Source of the DNA: Terriglobia bacterium
GTDB lineage: Bacteria > Acidobacteriota > Terriglobia > 20CM-2-55-15
Length of the DNA: 64,000 bases
Direction of reading: 5' to 3'
Assembly (NCBI GenBank): GCA_965198225.1
Contig: CBDAOY010000004.1
Coordinates: 437,102 to 501,101 of the forward strand
The position numbers and the translations under genes are program-made. The notes under the pieces were generated by a model, which ran no database searches, had not been told where the DNA came from, and worked only from the letters and a program-made list of their open reading frames with translations. Below are positions 18,084 through 28,394 of this stretch, piece by piece; the first letter of the stretch is position 1, and each line of letters starts with the position of its first letter.

Positions 18084-18536
18084 ATGAGCGAGCGGCCTCG
18101 ACAACTGGCCATCCTCCTGGTAGACGATGACCCTGACGTCCTGGAGATCACGGGCCAGATGCTGGCTCAATTGGGCTACGCCACGATCACGACCAGCGAC
18201 CCGGGCGACGCAGCCGAGATTCTGCGCGATACCTGGACTCAAATCGACGCGTTGGTCACCGATTTCTGCATGGAACGGACCAATGGTGCCGACCTGGCAC
18301 GGCGGGCTTTTCGTTCGCGTCCGGATCTCCGGACACTATTCGTTTCGGGCGATCCCTGCTCTGTGACCCGTTTCCGCAGCGGTGATCCCTTCCTGCAGAA
18401 ACCCTTCACCATGGCCGAACTCCGGCAGTCGCTCGACGACCTGTTCGGTTCCTCGGAGCCGATTTTCCGCCCGCAACTGGTCGAATCGCGACCCTGGCTT
18501 GCGGGGGAGCGGCGAGTCCACTCCGTACCGACCTAA
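18084..18536 (+). CDS. Single-domain response regulator (receiver)
   Basis: ILLVDDD, LVTDFCM (phospho-Asp), FVSG, FLQKPF. Confidence 0.88.
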   Translation: MSERPRQLAILLVDDDPDVLEITGQMLAQLGYATITTSDPGDAAEILRDTWTQIDALVTDFCMERTNGADLARRAFRSRPDLRTLFVSGDPCSVTRFRSGDPFLQKPFTMAELRQSLDDLFGSSEPIFRPQLVESRPWLAGERRVHSVPT

Positions 18537-18544
18537 GAAAACTG

Positions 18545-18745
18545 GAAATTCGAGATCGGAGATTGGAGATCTCAGATTGGTTGGTGCGCTTGCTTCCAAG
18601 GCGGATTCTCTAAAAGAAGAATCTGCATAAGAGGTGAGTCGGGTTGGAAGGAGGTCATCTCAGATTGTGCCTGACGTGACCTCGAAGCTTTGAGGATGGC
18701 GCGAGGCCTTCAATTTCCGAGTCTCCAATCTCCGATCTCGAATCT
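18545..18745. repeat. Heptameric repeats in inverted arrangement (GAGATTG/CAATCTC)
   Basis: GAGATCGGAGATTGGAGA pairs with TCTCCAATCTCCGATCTC between convergent genes. Confidence 0.65.
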
Positions 18746-18751
18746 GCGCCT

Positions 18752-19273
18752 CTATTGCCCCGCCTTCTTGAACGGCTGGCTGAACAACTGAACGGCTTCG
18801 AGGTCTCCAACGACTTCCCGGAATGCGGCCAGGTCCAGGACGGTTCGATCCATCGCGACCCGGGTCACCTTCAGTCGCGCCCGCGACAACATATTGACCA
18901 GTTGCCGAATGGAGGCCACGGTGATGTCCGATGGAGGGGCAACGGGGGGATCCGGCTGCGGATTTGCCTCCACACCGAGGTAGTCGATGATGCGGTCGAT
19001 GCGCTTATCGATCTCTCGACCTCCTTCCCGGACGGTTCTGAACTCCCCCGAGTCCAGGGGCTCGTTCAGATCTGCCAGTTCATCGGCGATTTCGGACAGG
19101 GTCTTCAGGTCCTCTTCGAACTTCCTACGCTGCGCGGCCTCGTATGCCCTCCGATTCCTCTCCGCTTCCCGGATGATTGCCCCCGGCCGCCTGGTTTGCG
19201 CCGTCAGAGACGGCGTCGAGGCGACGGAGCCTGCTAGCACGACCGTGAGCGCGATGGAAATCCTCTGAACCAT
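18752..19273 (-). CDS. Hypothetical exported helical protein
   Basis: Signal peptide (..SLTA-Q); charged helical body. Confidence 0.6.
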   Translation of the reverse strand: MVQRISIALTVVLAGSVASTPSLTAQTRRPGAIIREAERNRRAYEAAQRRKFEEDLKTLSEIADELADLNEPLDSGEFRTVREGGREIDKRIDRIIDYLGVEANPQPDPPVAPPSDITVASIRQLVNMLSRARLKVTRVAMDRTVLDLAAFREVVGDLEAVQLFSQPFKKAGQ

Positions 19274-19413
19274 TGACTGCCTGTGGGACGGGTAGCTCGT
19301 TCTATGGATAGTTTAGATCGACAACGCCCCAAAAAGTTACAGTTCTTGGCCCTGATCGGGATTTCCGCAAGGCGGATCTGTTGAACGCCGCGCTACGGAG
19401 GCAGCGGAAAGCG

Positions 19414-19500
19414 ATGGGAGACTTTCTTCAGGACATTCGATACGGGTTGCGGGTTCTCGCGAAGCACTCTGGATTTACCACCGCTGCGGTCCCGACCTTG
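19414..19500 (+). pseudogene. N-terminal remnant of an ADOP-type ABC permease
   Basis: MGDFLQDIRYGLRVLAKHSGFTTAAVPTL resembles the start of 25846 and 54366, then similarity ends. Confidence 0.65.
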
Positions 19501-19597
19501 GAAGCTTTGCCGCCTGTGCCCTCCTGCTGGCGGCGGTCGGCGTTGTCTATGACCTCACATTGTTCGAACCCAGACAACGTTCACTCATAGAGCGTAC

Positions 19598-20443
19598 CTA
19601 CAGTTTTTCTTCGTGTTCGGTCAGCCCCACGAAAAAGCCGCGATGGAGCGGCCCCGTCTTGCCGTCTTCCAGGTCCGCTTCCCGGGCGATTCGAATTCGG
19701 GCGTCGAGCAGATTGTCCGGCGTGAGCTCCAGACCCGGCGCCAGCGTGATTGCCGTGAGGTCTTCTCCCTGGTTCTGTCGCGGAGCGTGCTCCCTCAGTC
19801 CCTTGCACTGGTAGCAGACCCCGGTTTTGTTGATCAGTTGACAGAGGCCTTCGTAGGCGGCACACATCCGGGAGCGGGCGTAGCTCAAACGGTGCCGGAA
19901 AACCGACTCCGTCACATCCAGGATCTCCGCAGCTTCACGCGAGGTGAAACCCAGGACCTCCCGTAGCATCAGCGCGGCCTGTTCCTCCGGTTCGAGGGTC
20001 CGACCGACACAGGACAGACAGAACGCGACATGCTCGCGGATCTCGAACACGAAATCGGGTCGTGACATCAAACCACCGAGTTGTTCAAGGGTATCCGGGT
20101 CGGCGTCCGCACGTTTCTCACCTTCCAGTTGGGCTTCTACTCGCCACCGTTTTTTCCGTCGAAGGTGGTCCAGGCAAACGTGCGTCGCAATCCCGAAGAG
20201 CCAGGTCTTGAACCGGCTATTCCCCTGGAATCCTGACAGGGACCGGAAGGCCCGGGTGACGGCCTCCTGTGTGAGGTCTTCGGCGTCCTGCGGATGCGTC
20301 ACCATCCGATAGACGTAGCCGAACAGCGCGCCCCTCCAGGGCTCGACGAGTTCTCCAAACGCCGCGTTATCGCCCTCTTGTGCTGCGCCGACGAGACGGC
20401 GCTCCTGCCCTTCTTCGATCTGCGGAAGCGGATGAACCGCCAT
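19598..20443 (-). CDS. ECF sigma factor with Cys-rich C-terminal extension
   Basis: DAEDLTQE, FKTWLFGIATHVCLD, sigma4 (LREVLGFTSREAAEIL), then LCQLINKTGVCYQC. Confidence 0.9.
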   Translation of the reverse strand: MAVHPLPQIEEGQERRLVGAAQEGDNAAFGELVEPWRGALFGYVYRMVTHPQDAEDLTQEAVTRAFRSLSGFQGNSRFKTWLFGIATHVCLDHLRRKKRWRVEAQLEGEKRADADPDTLEQLGGLMSRPDFVFEIREHVAFCLSCVGRTLEPEEQAALMLREVLGFTSREAAEILDVTESVFRHRLSYARSRMCAAYEGLCQLINKTGVCYQCKGLREHAPRQNQGEDLTAITLAPGLELTPDNLLDARIRIAREADLEDGKTGPLHRGFFVGLTEHEEKL

Positions 20444-20490
20444 TTGTGACCTCCACGTCTAGCGAAACGTCCGCGAGAGAACAAACGTGA

Positions 20491-20700
20491 GGGGGACAGG
20501 GCTTGCCCTGTCCCCGGGGGTTCGCTTCCGCAGAAACGTCGGTGATCGAACGACAGGGGCCTAGCCCTGTCCCCGCCTGTTCGCTTCAACCGAAACGTAG
20601 ATTAACGAAACAACCTATCCCTTGGTTCCGACTCGTCAATCCCCTGGCAGTCGGCTTCCGCAGACAAGTGGCTGATCGAACGACAGGGCCTGGCCCTGTC
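20491..20700. repeat. REP-like family B, three copies
   Basis: GACAGGG-N4-6-CCCTGTC hairpins. Confidence 0.7.
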
Positions 20701-20703
20701 AAC

Positions 20704-21054
20704 CTACTTCATCATCTCCTGCACCAGCTGCAACGGGTTGCCGAACGGGTCCCGGAAGGATGCGATCCGCACGACGCCAGGGATTTCTTCGGTATCGCCT
20801 TCAAAAGGGACACCCTTTTCCTCGAGCCCCGCGCGAGTTTCGTCCACGTTGCCCACCCGCAGGACTACTGTCGCTCCCTTCTGGTCCCGGTGGATCGGGT
20901 TGGCCGAGACGGCGATCGATACGGCGTCCGGCGCGTGCGAGAATTCGGACCATCCTTCCATCTCAAAGACCTGTTTCAATCCCAGAACGTTTGCGTAAAA
21001 CTCCTTCGCCTTTTCCATGTCTGCTGCCGGATACCAAGCCAGTCGAATCTGCAT
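20704..21054 (-). CDS. VOC/glyoxalase family protein
   Basis: DMEKAKEFYANVLGL, FRDPFGNPLQL; GAGGAGG RBS. Confidence 0.9.
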   Translation of the reverse strand: MQIRLAWYPAADMEKAKEFYANVLGLKQVFEMEGWSEFSHAPDAVSIAVSANPIHRDQKGATVVLRVGNVDETRAGLEEKGVPFEGDTEEIPGVVRIASFRDPFGNPLQLVQEMMK

Positions 21055-21206
21055 GATGTTCCTCCTTTGAGTGTTCAAGTTTCAAAGGCGTAGTCGAGCA
21101 AGGTCGGTCAATCCGCCAAAGAGCATGGATTGAACGGGTTGAAGGTTCTGGCGGCTCGAGCCGGCATTGGATAAGATACCGGAACTCGAATTCCGGAGGT
21201 GCTGGT

Positions 21207-23069
21207 ATGCCCGTTCTGAGACCTGGTTTGATCGTCATTGTGGTTCTTGCCTGGAACATCGTCACGACCGCCCAGGAACCTTTCGAGGTATGGGAAGCGA
21301 CGATCCCCGAGTTGCAGGAGGCGATGGCGAGCGGTCGCGTGACGAGCGCTGAGCTCGTCGATGCCTACGTCGCACGGATCCAGGCCTATGATCATCAGGG
21401 CCCGCGGCTGAACGCCATCATCCGGATCAACCCGCTCGCCCGCGCGGCGGCCGAGGCACTGGATCGGGAGCGTGCCGAGAACGGCCAGCGGGGTCCGTTG
21501 CACGGCATCCCGATCATCCTCAAGGACAACTACGACACCGGCGACATGCCGACGACGGCGGGATCGATTGCGCTTGCGGGATCCGTGCCGCCCGACGACG
21601 GGTTCCAGGTTCGCAAGCTACGCGAGGCCGGAGCCGTCATCATTGCCAAAGCCAATATGCACGAGCTGGCTCGTGGGATTACAACGATCAGTTCGCTGGG
21701 AGGACAGACACGAAACCCCTACGATCCCTCGCGGAATCCGGGAGGATCCAGTGGCGGTACCGGGGCGGCGATCGCCGCCAGCTTCGCCGCCATCGGTATG
21801 GGAAGCGATACCTGCGGGTCGATCCGAATTCCCTCCGCACACCACAGTCTGGTCGGTCTCCGTCCGACGAAAGGACTCTCGAGCATCGATGGAATCATTC
21901 CGCTCTCCCACACCCAGGATACGGGCGGTCCGCTGGCGCGGACGGTTATCGACCTCGCTATCGTCCTCGATGCGACCGTGGGCGTGGACTCCGCGGATGA
22001 GGCGACGCGGATCCTGGAGGGACGGGTTCTGGAGCGGTTTACCGATTCGCTGGACACGAGCGCGCTGCTCGGGGCGCGCATCGGCATCCTGACGGACCTG
22101 GTCGGCAGCTCGACCGAGGATCAGGAGGTTGCCCGGATCGTTCGGGCGGCGATCGAGGAGATGGAGGAATTGGGCGCGACGGCTGTGGAGATCACGATTC
22201 CGGACTTTACCGAGTTGATCCAGGGGGTGGGAGTCATCAACCTCGAGTTTGGCAGGGACCTTTTCGACTATCTCGCCGCAACACCCTCCACGAGGGTGAA
22301 CTCGGTGGCCGACATTGTCGAAACGGGTCTCCATCACAGAGCGCTCGAGAATTCGCTCCGCAACAACTCCCCCATGGAAATCGACACCGAAGACTACGAA
22401 GCCCGCCTGGAGCGACGTACGACCGTGCGGAACACGGTCGTCGGCATTCTCGACGACCATCTGCTCGACGCCCTCGCTTACCCCACCCTCCGCCGCAAAC
22501 CGGCGCGCATCGGCGAGCCCCAACGGGGATCGACGTGCCAGTTGAGCGCCGTTTCCGGCCTGCCTGCATTGACTGTTCCCGCCGGGTTCACTGACGACGG
22601 CCTGCCGGTGGGTGTGGAACTGCTGGGGCGCACGCTCGATGACGCCAGGCTCGTTTCGCTCGGGTACGCGTTCGAACAGGGGACTCACCATCGGCGCCCG
22701 CCGGTGCTGACACCGCCGCTTTCGGCCGAAGCCGACCCCCCTACGGTCCGCTTCGGCGTTCGAGGGGACAACTTCGAGGCTGAATTCACGTTGGATCTGG
22801 TCCGGAACCTCATGGAGTATGACCTGTCGGTCGGGGTTGCCGTCCCCGAAGATCTATATGCCGTCGCCCTGCATCGCCGAGGTGAGTCGGGCGACGGGCC
22901 GGTCATCCAGCAGCTTACCGGGCCTGGCCGCTTGCAGGCGGCGGGCACGTTCACGCTGTCGCGGGCCGATCGGGAGGCACTCGAAGAAGGGCGGTTGTAC
23001 CTGCGTGCCTACACGAAGAACGAGACGATGGGCGGCCGGGCATTGCCGCTGGCGCTGCCGGCTCGCTGA
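21207..23069 (+). CDS. Exported amidase-signature enzyme with C-terminal CHRD-like domain
   Basis: GIPIILKDN, PGGSSGGTG, GSDTCGSIRIPS; tail ALHR..GPVIQQL..LEEGRLYL. Confidence 0.9.
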   Translation: MPVLRPGLIVIVVLAWNIVTTAQEPFEVWEATIPELQEAMASGRVTSAELVDAYVARIQAYDHQGPRLNAIIRINPLARAAAEALDRERAENGQRGPLHGIPIILKDNYDTGDMPTTAGSIALAGSVPPDDGFQVRKLREAGAVIIAKANMHELARGITTISSLGGQTRNPYDPSRNPGGSSGGTGAAIAASFAAIGMGSDTCGSIRIPSAHHSLVGLRPTKGLSSIDGIIPLSHTQDTGGPLARTVIDLAIVLDATVGVDSADEATRILEGRVLERFTDSLDTSALLGARIGILTDLVGSSTEDQEVARIVRAAIEEMEELGATAVEITIPDFTELIQGVGVINLEFGRDLFDYLAATPSTRVNSVADIVETGLHHRALENSLRNNSPMEIDTEDYEARLERRTTVRNTVVGILDDHLLDALAYPTLRRKPARIGEPQRGSTCQLSAVSGLPALTVPAGFTDDGLPVGVELLGRTLDDARLVSLGYAFEQGTHHRRPPVLTPPLSAEADPPTVRFGVRGDNFEAEFTLDLVRNLMEYDLSVGVAVPEDLYAVALHRRGESGDGPVIQQLTGPGRLQAAGTFTLSRADREALEEGRLYLRAYTKNETMGGRALPLALPAR

Positions 23070-23114
23070 GAGTTCCTTACGCAGAGGCGCCGTCCTTTCA
23101 CTGGAGCAACGATC

Positions 23115-23789
23115 TTGAAAATCGCCCATGTCGACGCTCGCGACGGATACGACCTTTGGGCGGGTACCTACGATCAGACCGACAACCCCCTGGTTGCCCT
23201 CGATCGCCGACATACGCTCGACCTGCTCAACCCCCGGCCGGGGCAGCGCATTCTCGATGCCGGTTGCGGTACGGGCTATTACCTGAGTCGGATCGATAGT
23301 GCCGGAGCCTGGGCCCTGGGTTTGGATTTTTCACCGGGAATGCTGAAGGTTGCCCGGAGTCGCTTGCCCCGGATTCCGCTCGTTCAGACGGATCTCGACG
23401 GCGGGCTGCCCGTCGGGCCGCGCCGATTCGACGCCGTCCTTTGCGCCCTCGTCAGCGAACACCTCACCAACCTTCCTTTGACTTTCGCCGAGTTTTCGAG
23501 AGTACTTCGACCGGGAGGCCGACTCGTCTTCTCGGCCTTCCACCCCGATATGGCAGCCGCCGGAATCGAGGCGAACTTCGAAATTGAAGGTGTCGAGCAC
23601 CGGCTCGGAGCGGAGCGGCACACAGTGGAGGACTACCTCGACCGTCTTTCCGAAAGCGGCTTCCGTATTCGGAGCCGGCAGGTGTTTCGCGGAGACCTGG
23701 AACTGGCGCGCGAGATCGGTTGGGCGGAGAAGTATCGAGGCAGGCCGCTGCTCTTGTTGATCGAAGCTACTTCCGACTCCGGGCACTGA
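23115..23789 (+). CDS. Class I SAM methyltransferase
   Basis: GYDLWAGTYD, LDAGCGTG, RVLRPGGRL; TTG start after GGAG. Confidence 0.88.
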   Translation: MKIAHVDARDGYDLWAGTYDQTDNPLVALDRRHTLDLLNPRPGQRILDAGCGTGYYLSRIDSAGAWALGLDFSPGMLKVARSRLPRIPLVQTDLDGGLPVGPRRFDAVLCALVSEHLTNLPLTFAEFSRVLRPGGRLVFSAFHPDMAAAGIEANFEIEGVEHRLGAERHTVEDYLDRLSESGFRIRSRQVFRGDLELAREIGWAEKYRGRPLLLLIEATSDSGH

Positions 23790-23883
23790 CCGCGACCTAA
23801 GGCAGGCAGCAGAAAGGGCATCACTTGGCGATGAGGATCGCGCCCTTCGGGCACTCTTACAGGCCACTACTGGCCGGAACCCT

Positions 23884-25272
23884 CTACCTCCAGTCCGTGC
23901 CCGCTTTCGCAGCTTTGCTCTTGGCCCCAGTGTAAACGGTGAAGTGTTTCCAGCGCCGGTTGGTCTGGAACTGTTCCTTGAAGAAAAACTGATCCTCGAA
24001 TGCCGGTTTCAGATCGTCGATCCAGACCGCCGCCTCGTCATACTTCGCGAAGAATACACGGTTCGTCCAGTGCGGATCCCGACCCTGGATGAACTTCAGC
24101 ACGAACACCTTCTGCCCGTTGATCTCGGTGATGCCGTCGATCAACACCTTTCCCGGCGTGCAGGACATCGATGGTCCCCGCACGGTCCGGCCCAGACCGG
24201 AAACCTGGCGGACAGCGCGAGTGAAGATGTCGAACGCGCGGTGGAGTGGCACCCCGAAGTACTGTTTCGGCCCGGTATCCCGCTCGACGAACATGTAGTA
24301 GGGGATGATTCCCAGATCGACCTGCTTCTGCCACATCGCCGCCCAGACGTCGGCGTTGTCGTTGACGTTGCGGATCAGCGGGGCCTGCGCACGGATCGTC
24401 GCGCCGGTGGCCTGGATGCGCCTCACCGCAGCTTCGGAAACCGGCGTCCGCAATTCCCGAGGGAGGCTGTAGTGGGCCATGAAGGCGAGGTGTTTTCCCG
24501 CCGCCAGAACCTCCTCGAAGAGCCGTAGCATGTCGTCGGCGTCGGCGTCGGTCGTGAACCGGTATGGCCACCAGGCCAGGGCCTTCGTCCCGATTCGAAT
24601 GCTCTTGAGGGTCTCGATCTTGAGCAGCGGCTTGATGTAGCGGCGGAGGACGCTGGTTCGCATGATCATCGGATCGCCGCCGGTGAACAGAACATCGCGG
24701 ACTTCGGGGTTCTTGTTCAGGTATCGAACCAGGGAGGCACTTTCGTTGTTGGCGAACTTCAGTTCGTCCATGCCCACGAACTGGGCCCAACGGAAGCAAT
24801 AAGTGCAATAGGCGTGGCAGGTCTGACCCTGACTGGGGAAAAACAGGATGGTCTCGCGGTACTTGTGCTGGACCCCGGCCTGGGGGTGTCCATCCACGAC
24901 CGGCACGTTCAGATCCATCTGGCCGGCCGGATGCGGGTTCATGCCCAGGCGAATATCCTGCACCGCCTTGTCGATTTCCTCTTCGGGGGCGTCCCGTTCC
25001 AGTAACCCGTCGATGCGCTCGAAGTCTTCTTCCGCCAGCATCCCCTCCTGTGGAAAAGTGAGCTGGAACATCGGATCGACCGGAATGTTGTCCCAGTCGA
25101 TGAGTTCTTCGACGACATAGTTGTTGACCCGGAATGGAAGCACTTTCGACACCGCGGTAATGGCTGTGCGCTGCTCGGAGGTCAGAGTCTTGAATTGTGG
25201 AATCTGGTTGATGTTCTTGGTGGTGAACGCGCGGTACTTGTTCGGCTTCGCACTCCGTTCTTTCATAGGCAT
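23884..25272 (-). CDS. KamA-family radical SAM protein (lysine 2,3-aminomutase-like)
   Basis: QHKYRET, CHAYCTYCFR (CxxxCxxC), VLFTGGDP, PYYMFVER. Confidence 0.9.
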   Translation of the reverse strand: MPMKERSAKPNKYRAFTTKNINQIPQFKTLTSEQRTAITAVSKVLPFRVNNYVVEELIDWDNIPVDPMFQLTFPQEGMLAEEDFERIDGLLERDAPEEEIDKAVQDIRLGMNPHPAGQMDLNVPVVDGHPQAGVQHKYRETILFFPSQGQTCHAYCTYCFRWAQFVGMDELKFANNESASLVRYLNKNPEVRDVLFTGGDPMIMRTSVLRRYIKPLLKIETLKSIRIGTKALAWWPYRFTTDADADDMLRLFEEVLAAGKHLAFMAHYSLPRELRTPVSEAAVRRIQATGATIRAQAPLIRNVNDNADVWAAMWQKQVDLGIIPYYMFVERDTGPKQYFGVPLHRAFDIFTRAVRQVSGLGRTVRGPSMSCTPGKVLIDGITEINGQKVFVLKFIQGRDPHWTNRVFFAKYDEAAVWIDDLKPAFEDQFFFKEQFQTNRRWKHFTVYTGAKSKAAKAGTDWR

Positions 25273-25845
25273 CCTTTCGTCGGAGAAACAATTGCGGGGT
25301 CGCCCATCATAGCCGACCGGGCCCCGAAAATGTAGCTACTAGTCGCTTTTTGCTCGGGCGTTCTTTCTTGTGGCCGGTTTGCAGAATGGCCGGGCTCCGA
25401 GCGTGCTTACGGTCTTGATTCGCGAGGGGAGTCCAATCGTGGAGGAGAGCGTCCCTTTCGACCTTCTGGACTCCGCCGGAGGCGGTTGTTCTGTAAGACT
25501 TACCTGCTTACCTTAACACATCCGGCCCGATTCCCCAAAGGGGCGGCCGGCCGAAGAATCCAGGTTCGACGCGGGCCGACGCTTCGAGCCGTTAAAAATC
25601 GCAGCGTAGTGAGTTCAGGGACAAAAAGCCTCATTCTTTCCGAGAAACCTGATGAACTGGCTTTTCGCTCTACCGAGTTCGACTCCTCGACTTACCTGTA
25701 CCGCCGGCGGTTGCAATTCCTGCGCCCCTCGCCGCCGACGATGTCGCCGGTCTGGCTCAGGTATGGGAGTCTTGGATGATCCGGGTAATTTCGACCGAAC
25801 ATCGTCGTCATACCTGTCGTAAGTACTTTTGCAGGAGGCTGGTTC

Positions 25846-28269
25846 ATGAACTCTCTCTGGCAAGACATGAAGTTCGGGTTTCGAGCACTTCGGAAGAACC
25901 CGGGGCTGGCTCTGATCGCCGTACTGACGTTGACCATCGGGATTGGCGTCAACACCGCGGTCTTCAGCATCTCCAGGACGATCCTCTTCTTCCCGTTCCC
26001 GCATGCCGAGTCGGACCGCGTGGCGTTCGTCAGTGCGACGAATCCTTCCCGGAGTATCGACCGGAGCGAGGTGTCGCTGGCCGACTACATCGACTGGCGC
26101 GACCGCTCGACACGCTTTGCGGCGATCGGGGCGGAAGACGCCGAACAGTTCAACATGACAGCGCGGGGCGAACCGGTTCGGGTCTCCGGCAACCTGGCCA
26201 CGCCGAACATGTTCGAAGTCATCGGAGTGCTGCCCGACCGGGGGCGCGGGTTTCGGCCTGACGACGGATCGGCCGGGGCCGAGCCGGTCATCGTCGTCAG
26301 CAACGACTTCTGGGTCGAATACCTGGACGCGGATCCCGGGGCGCTGGGGAGTGCCATCACGCTGAACGGCCAGAGTCAGACGCTGGTCGGCATAATGCCC
26401 GAAGACTTCATCTATAGAACTCCGCTGGACTTCTGGATTCCGATGGACATGACCCGCGTGACCGATCGAGGGGATCGAAATCTCGACGTGACCGCCCGCC
26501 TGGCTGACGGCGTGACGCTCGAAGAGGCCCAGGCCGAACTCGATGTCATCACGACGCAGCTCGGTGAGTCCTATCCCGACACCAACAGCGGTTGGGGGGC
26601 GCGTGCGGTGACCATGGCCGACGACATCCTCCAGGATGCCGGCGTCTTTGCAGTCCTGATGTACGGCGCGGTCCTGTTCCTTCTTCTGATCGCGTGTGTG
26701 AACATCGCGAACCTTTTCCTCGCCAGGATGGCCGGGCGCAAGGATGAAATCGCCGTCCGCGTTGCGTTGGGGGCCGGGCGGGGAAGGATCATGCGCCAGC
26801 TCCTGGCCGAGGCCCTGGTCGTCGCCCTGATGGGCGGAATCGGGGGTTTGGTCCTGGCTTTCTGGGGGGTGAGCTATCTCCGTTCCTACCTCGCGGCTTC
26901 ACCGTCGGTGGCGGTTCTGGCACGGGGCCTCAACGTCGACTGGGGCCTGTTCCTCTTCACCGGCGGGCTCGTGATTGCGACCACCTTGTTCTTCGGCCTG
27001 CTCCCGGCCATCCACGGCTCCAGAGCGGACCTGAGCTCCACCCTCAAGCAGGGGGGGCGAAGCGGTACCGGCGGCATCAACCGTGCCCGTCTGCAGCGCA
27101 TGCTGGTCGGAGCTGAAATCGCCGTGTCCGTCATGCTCCTGGTTGCTTCCGGGCTGCTGGTCCAGTTCTGGGCCGATTCGCACGAGAAAGACCTCGGCAT
27201 CGACACCGAACGGCTGCTGGTCACCGAGATGTTGCTTCCCGACTATGACTACCCGGAAGAACATCAGGTCGAGGCGTTCTACAGGGACCTGCTTGCCGAC
27301 GTTAGTGCCCAACCGGGTGTGGCGGGTGCTGCGGTCGGCAGCGCCGCACCGGTCGTCGGCTTGAGCGAGAGTCCCGACACCCCGATCGCGATCGAAGGCC
27401 GCACAAGTTTCGAGGATGAAGCGGTCCCGACGGCGATCCACCTTGTGGTCAGTCCGGATTATTTTCGGGTGTCTGGGATCCGGATGAACGAGGGCCGTCC
27501 TTTCAACGCTCAGGACGCGGCGGACTCGCTCCCGGTCGCGCTGGTGAGTCGGACGATGGCTCGAACCTTCTGGCGGGAAGGTAGTCCCGTCGGGCAACGG
27601 ATACGGGTTGAGGGTACCGGCCAAGCGTGGCTCACGGTGGTCGGCGTTGTGGGCGATGTCCAGAATCAGTTCGTCGCGTCTCTTCCCCAGCCTGTGGTAT
27701 ACCGCCCGCTTTCTCAGATGCCCGAACCCGGCATGGTGCTCCTGGTCCGCACCCTCGGTGAGCCAAATTCGTTGGCTCCGATCCTCCGGGACTTCATAAG
27801 GGCGGCCGACATGACCCTCCCCATCGGCCCGATCCGTCCGATCGAACAGGACATCCGCCTGAACCAGGCCAGTGGCAACCTCGTTGCCGGCCTGGTTGCC
27901 GGTTCCGGGGCTATGGCGCTACTGCTGGCGGCTCTCGGCATCTATGGAGTGGTCAGTTTTTCGGTAGCACAGCGAACACACGAGATGGGTCTCCGTATGG
28001 CGCTGGGCGCGGATCGCGGATCACTCTACCGGCTCGTCCTGGGGCAGGGAGGCGTCATCGCCATGTTTGGCCTGGCTTTCGGCCTGGCCGGCGGTTACGG
28101 AGTCGGCGTGTTGATGCAGGCCGGCATCGCGGATTTCCGCAACCCGCTGGACCCACCTCTGTTCGTGGCGGTCTCGATGGTCCTCGCCCTGGTTTCCCTG
28201 CTGGCGTCGTTCCTGCCGGCCCACCGTGCCACCACGGTCGACCCGTTGGTCGCCCTGCGCATCGAGTAG
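25846..28269 (+). CDS. ADOP-type duplicated ABC (MacB/FtsX) permease
   Basis: IGVNTAVFS, LLIACVNIANL, QRTHEMGLRMALGA, VDPLVALR. Confidence 0.92.
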   Translation: MNSLWQDMKFGFRALRKNPGLALIAVLTLTIGIGVNTAVFSISRTILFFPFPHAESDRVAFVSATNPSRSIDRSEVSLADYIDWRDRSTRFAAIGAEDAEQFNMTARGEPVRVSGNLATPNMFEVIGVLPDRGRGFRPDDGSAGAEPVIVVSNDFWVEYLDADPGALGSAITLNGQSQTLVGIMPEDFIYRTPLDFWIPMDMTRVTDRGDRNLDVTARLADGVTLEEAQAELDVITTQLGESYPDTNSGWGARAVTMADDILQDAGVFAVLMYGAVLFLLLIACVNIANLFLARMAGRKDEIAVRVALGAGRGRIMRQLLAEALVVALMGGIGGLVLAFWGVSYLRSYLAASPSVAVLARGLNVDWGLFLFTGGLVIATTLFFGLLPAIHGSRADLSSTLKQGGRSGTGGINRARLQRMLVGAEIAVSVMLLVASGLLVQFWADSHEKDLGIDTERLLVTEMLLPDYDYPEEHQVEAFYRDLLADVSAQPGVAGAAVGSAAPVVGLSESPDTPIAIEGRTSFEDEAVPTAIHLVVSPDYFRVSGIRMNEGRPFNAQDAADSLPVALVSRTMARTFWREGSPVGQRIRVEGTGQAWLTVVGVVGDVQNQFVASLPQPVVYRPLSQMPEPGMVLLVRTLGEPNSLAPILRDFIRAADMTLPIGPIRPIEQDIRLNQASGNLVAGLVAGSGAMALLLAALGIYGVVSFSVAQRTHEMGLRMALGADRGSLYRLVLGQGGVIAMFGLAFGLAGGYGVGVLMQAGIADFRNPLDPPLFVAVSMVLALVSLLASFLPAHRATTVDPLVALRIE

Positions 28270-28394
28270 GCGGCCTGCGGCCGAGTTGTCAGTTGTCAGT
28301 AGTCTGAAGAGAAACGTGACGAGTCACGAGGCAGAAGTTGTGGGATCATACCCGAACTGACTGCTGGCGAGCCGCCCTTTCGGGAGAACGTGGA

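Noticed and set aside
25600-25650. c-di-GMP-I riboswitch-like GGGACAAAAAGCC
   Set aside because: The GCAAA P1 element, tetraloop/receptor and P2 stem are not evident.
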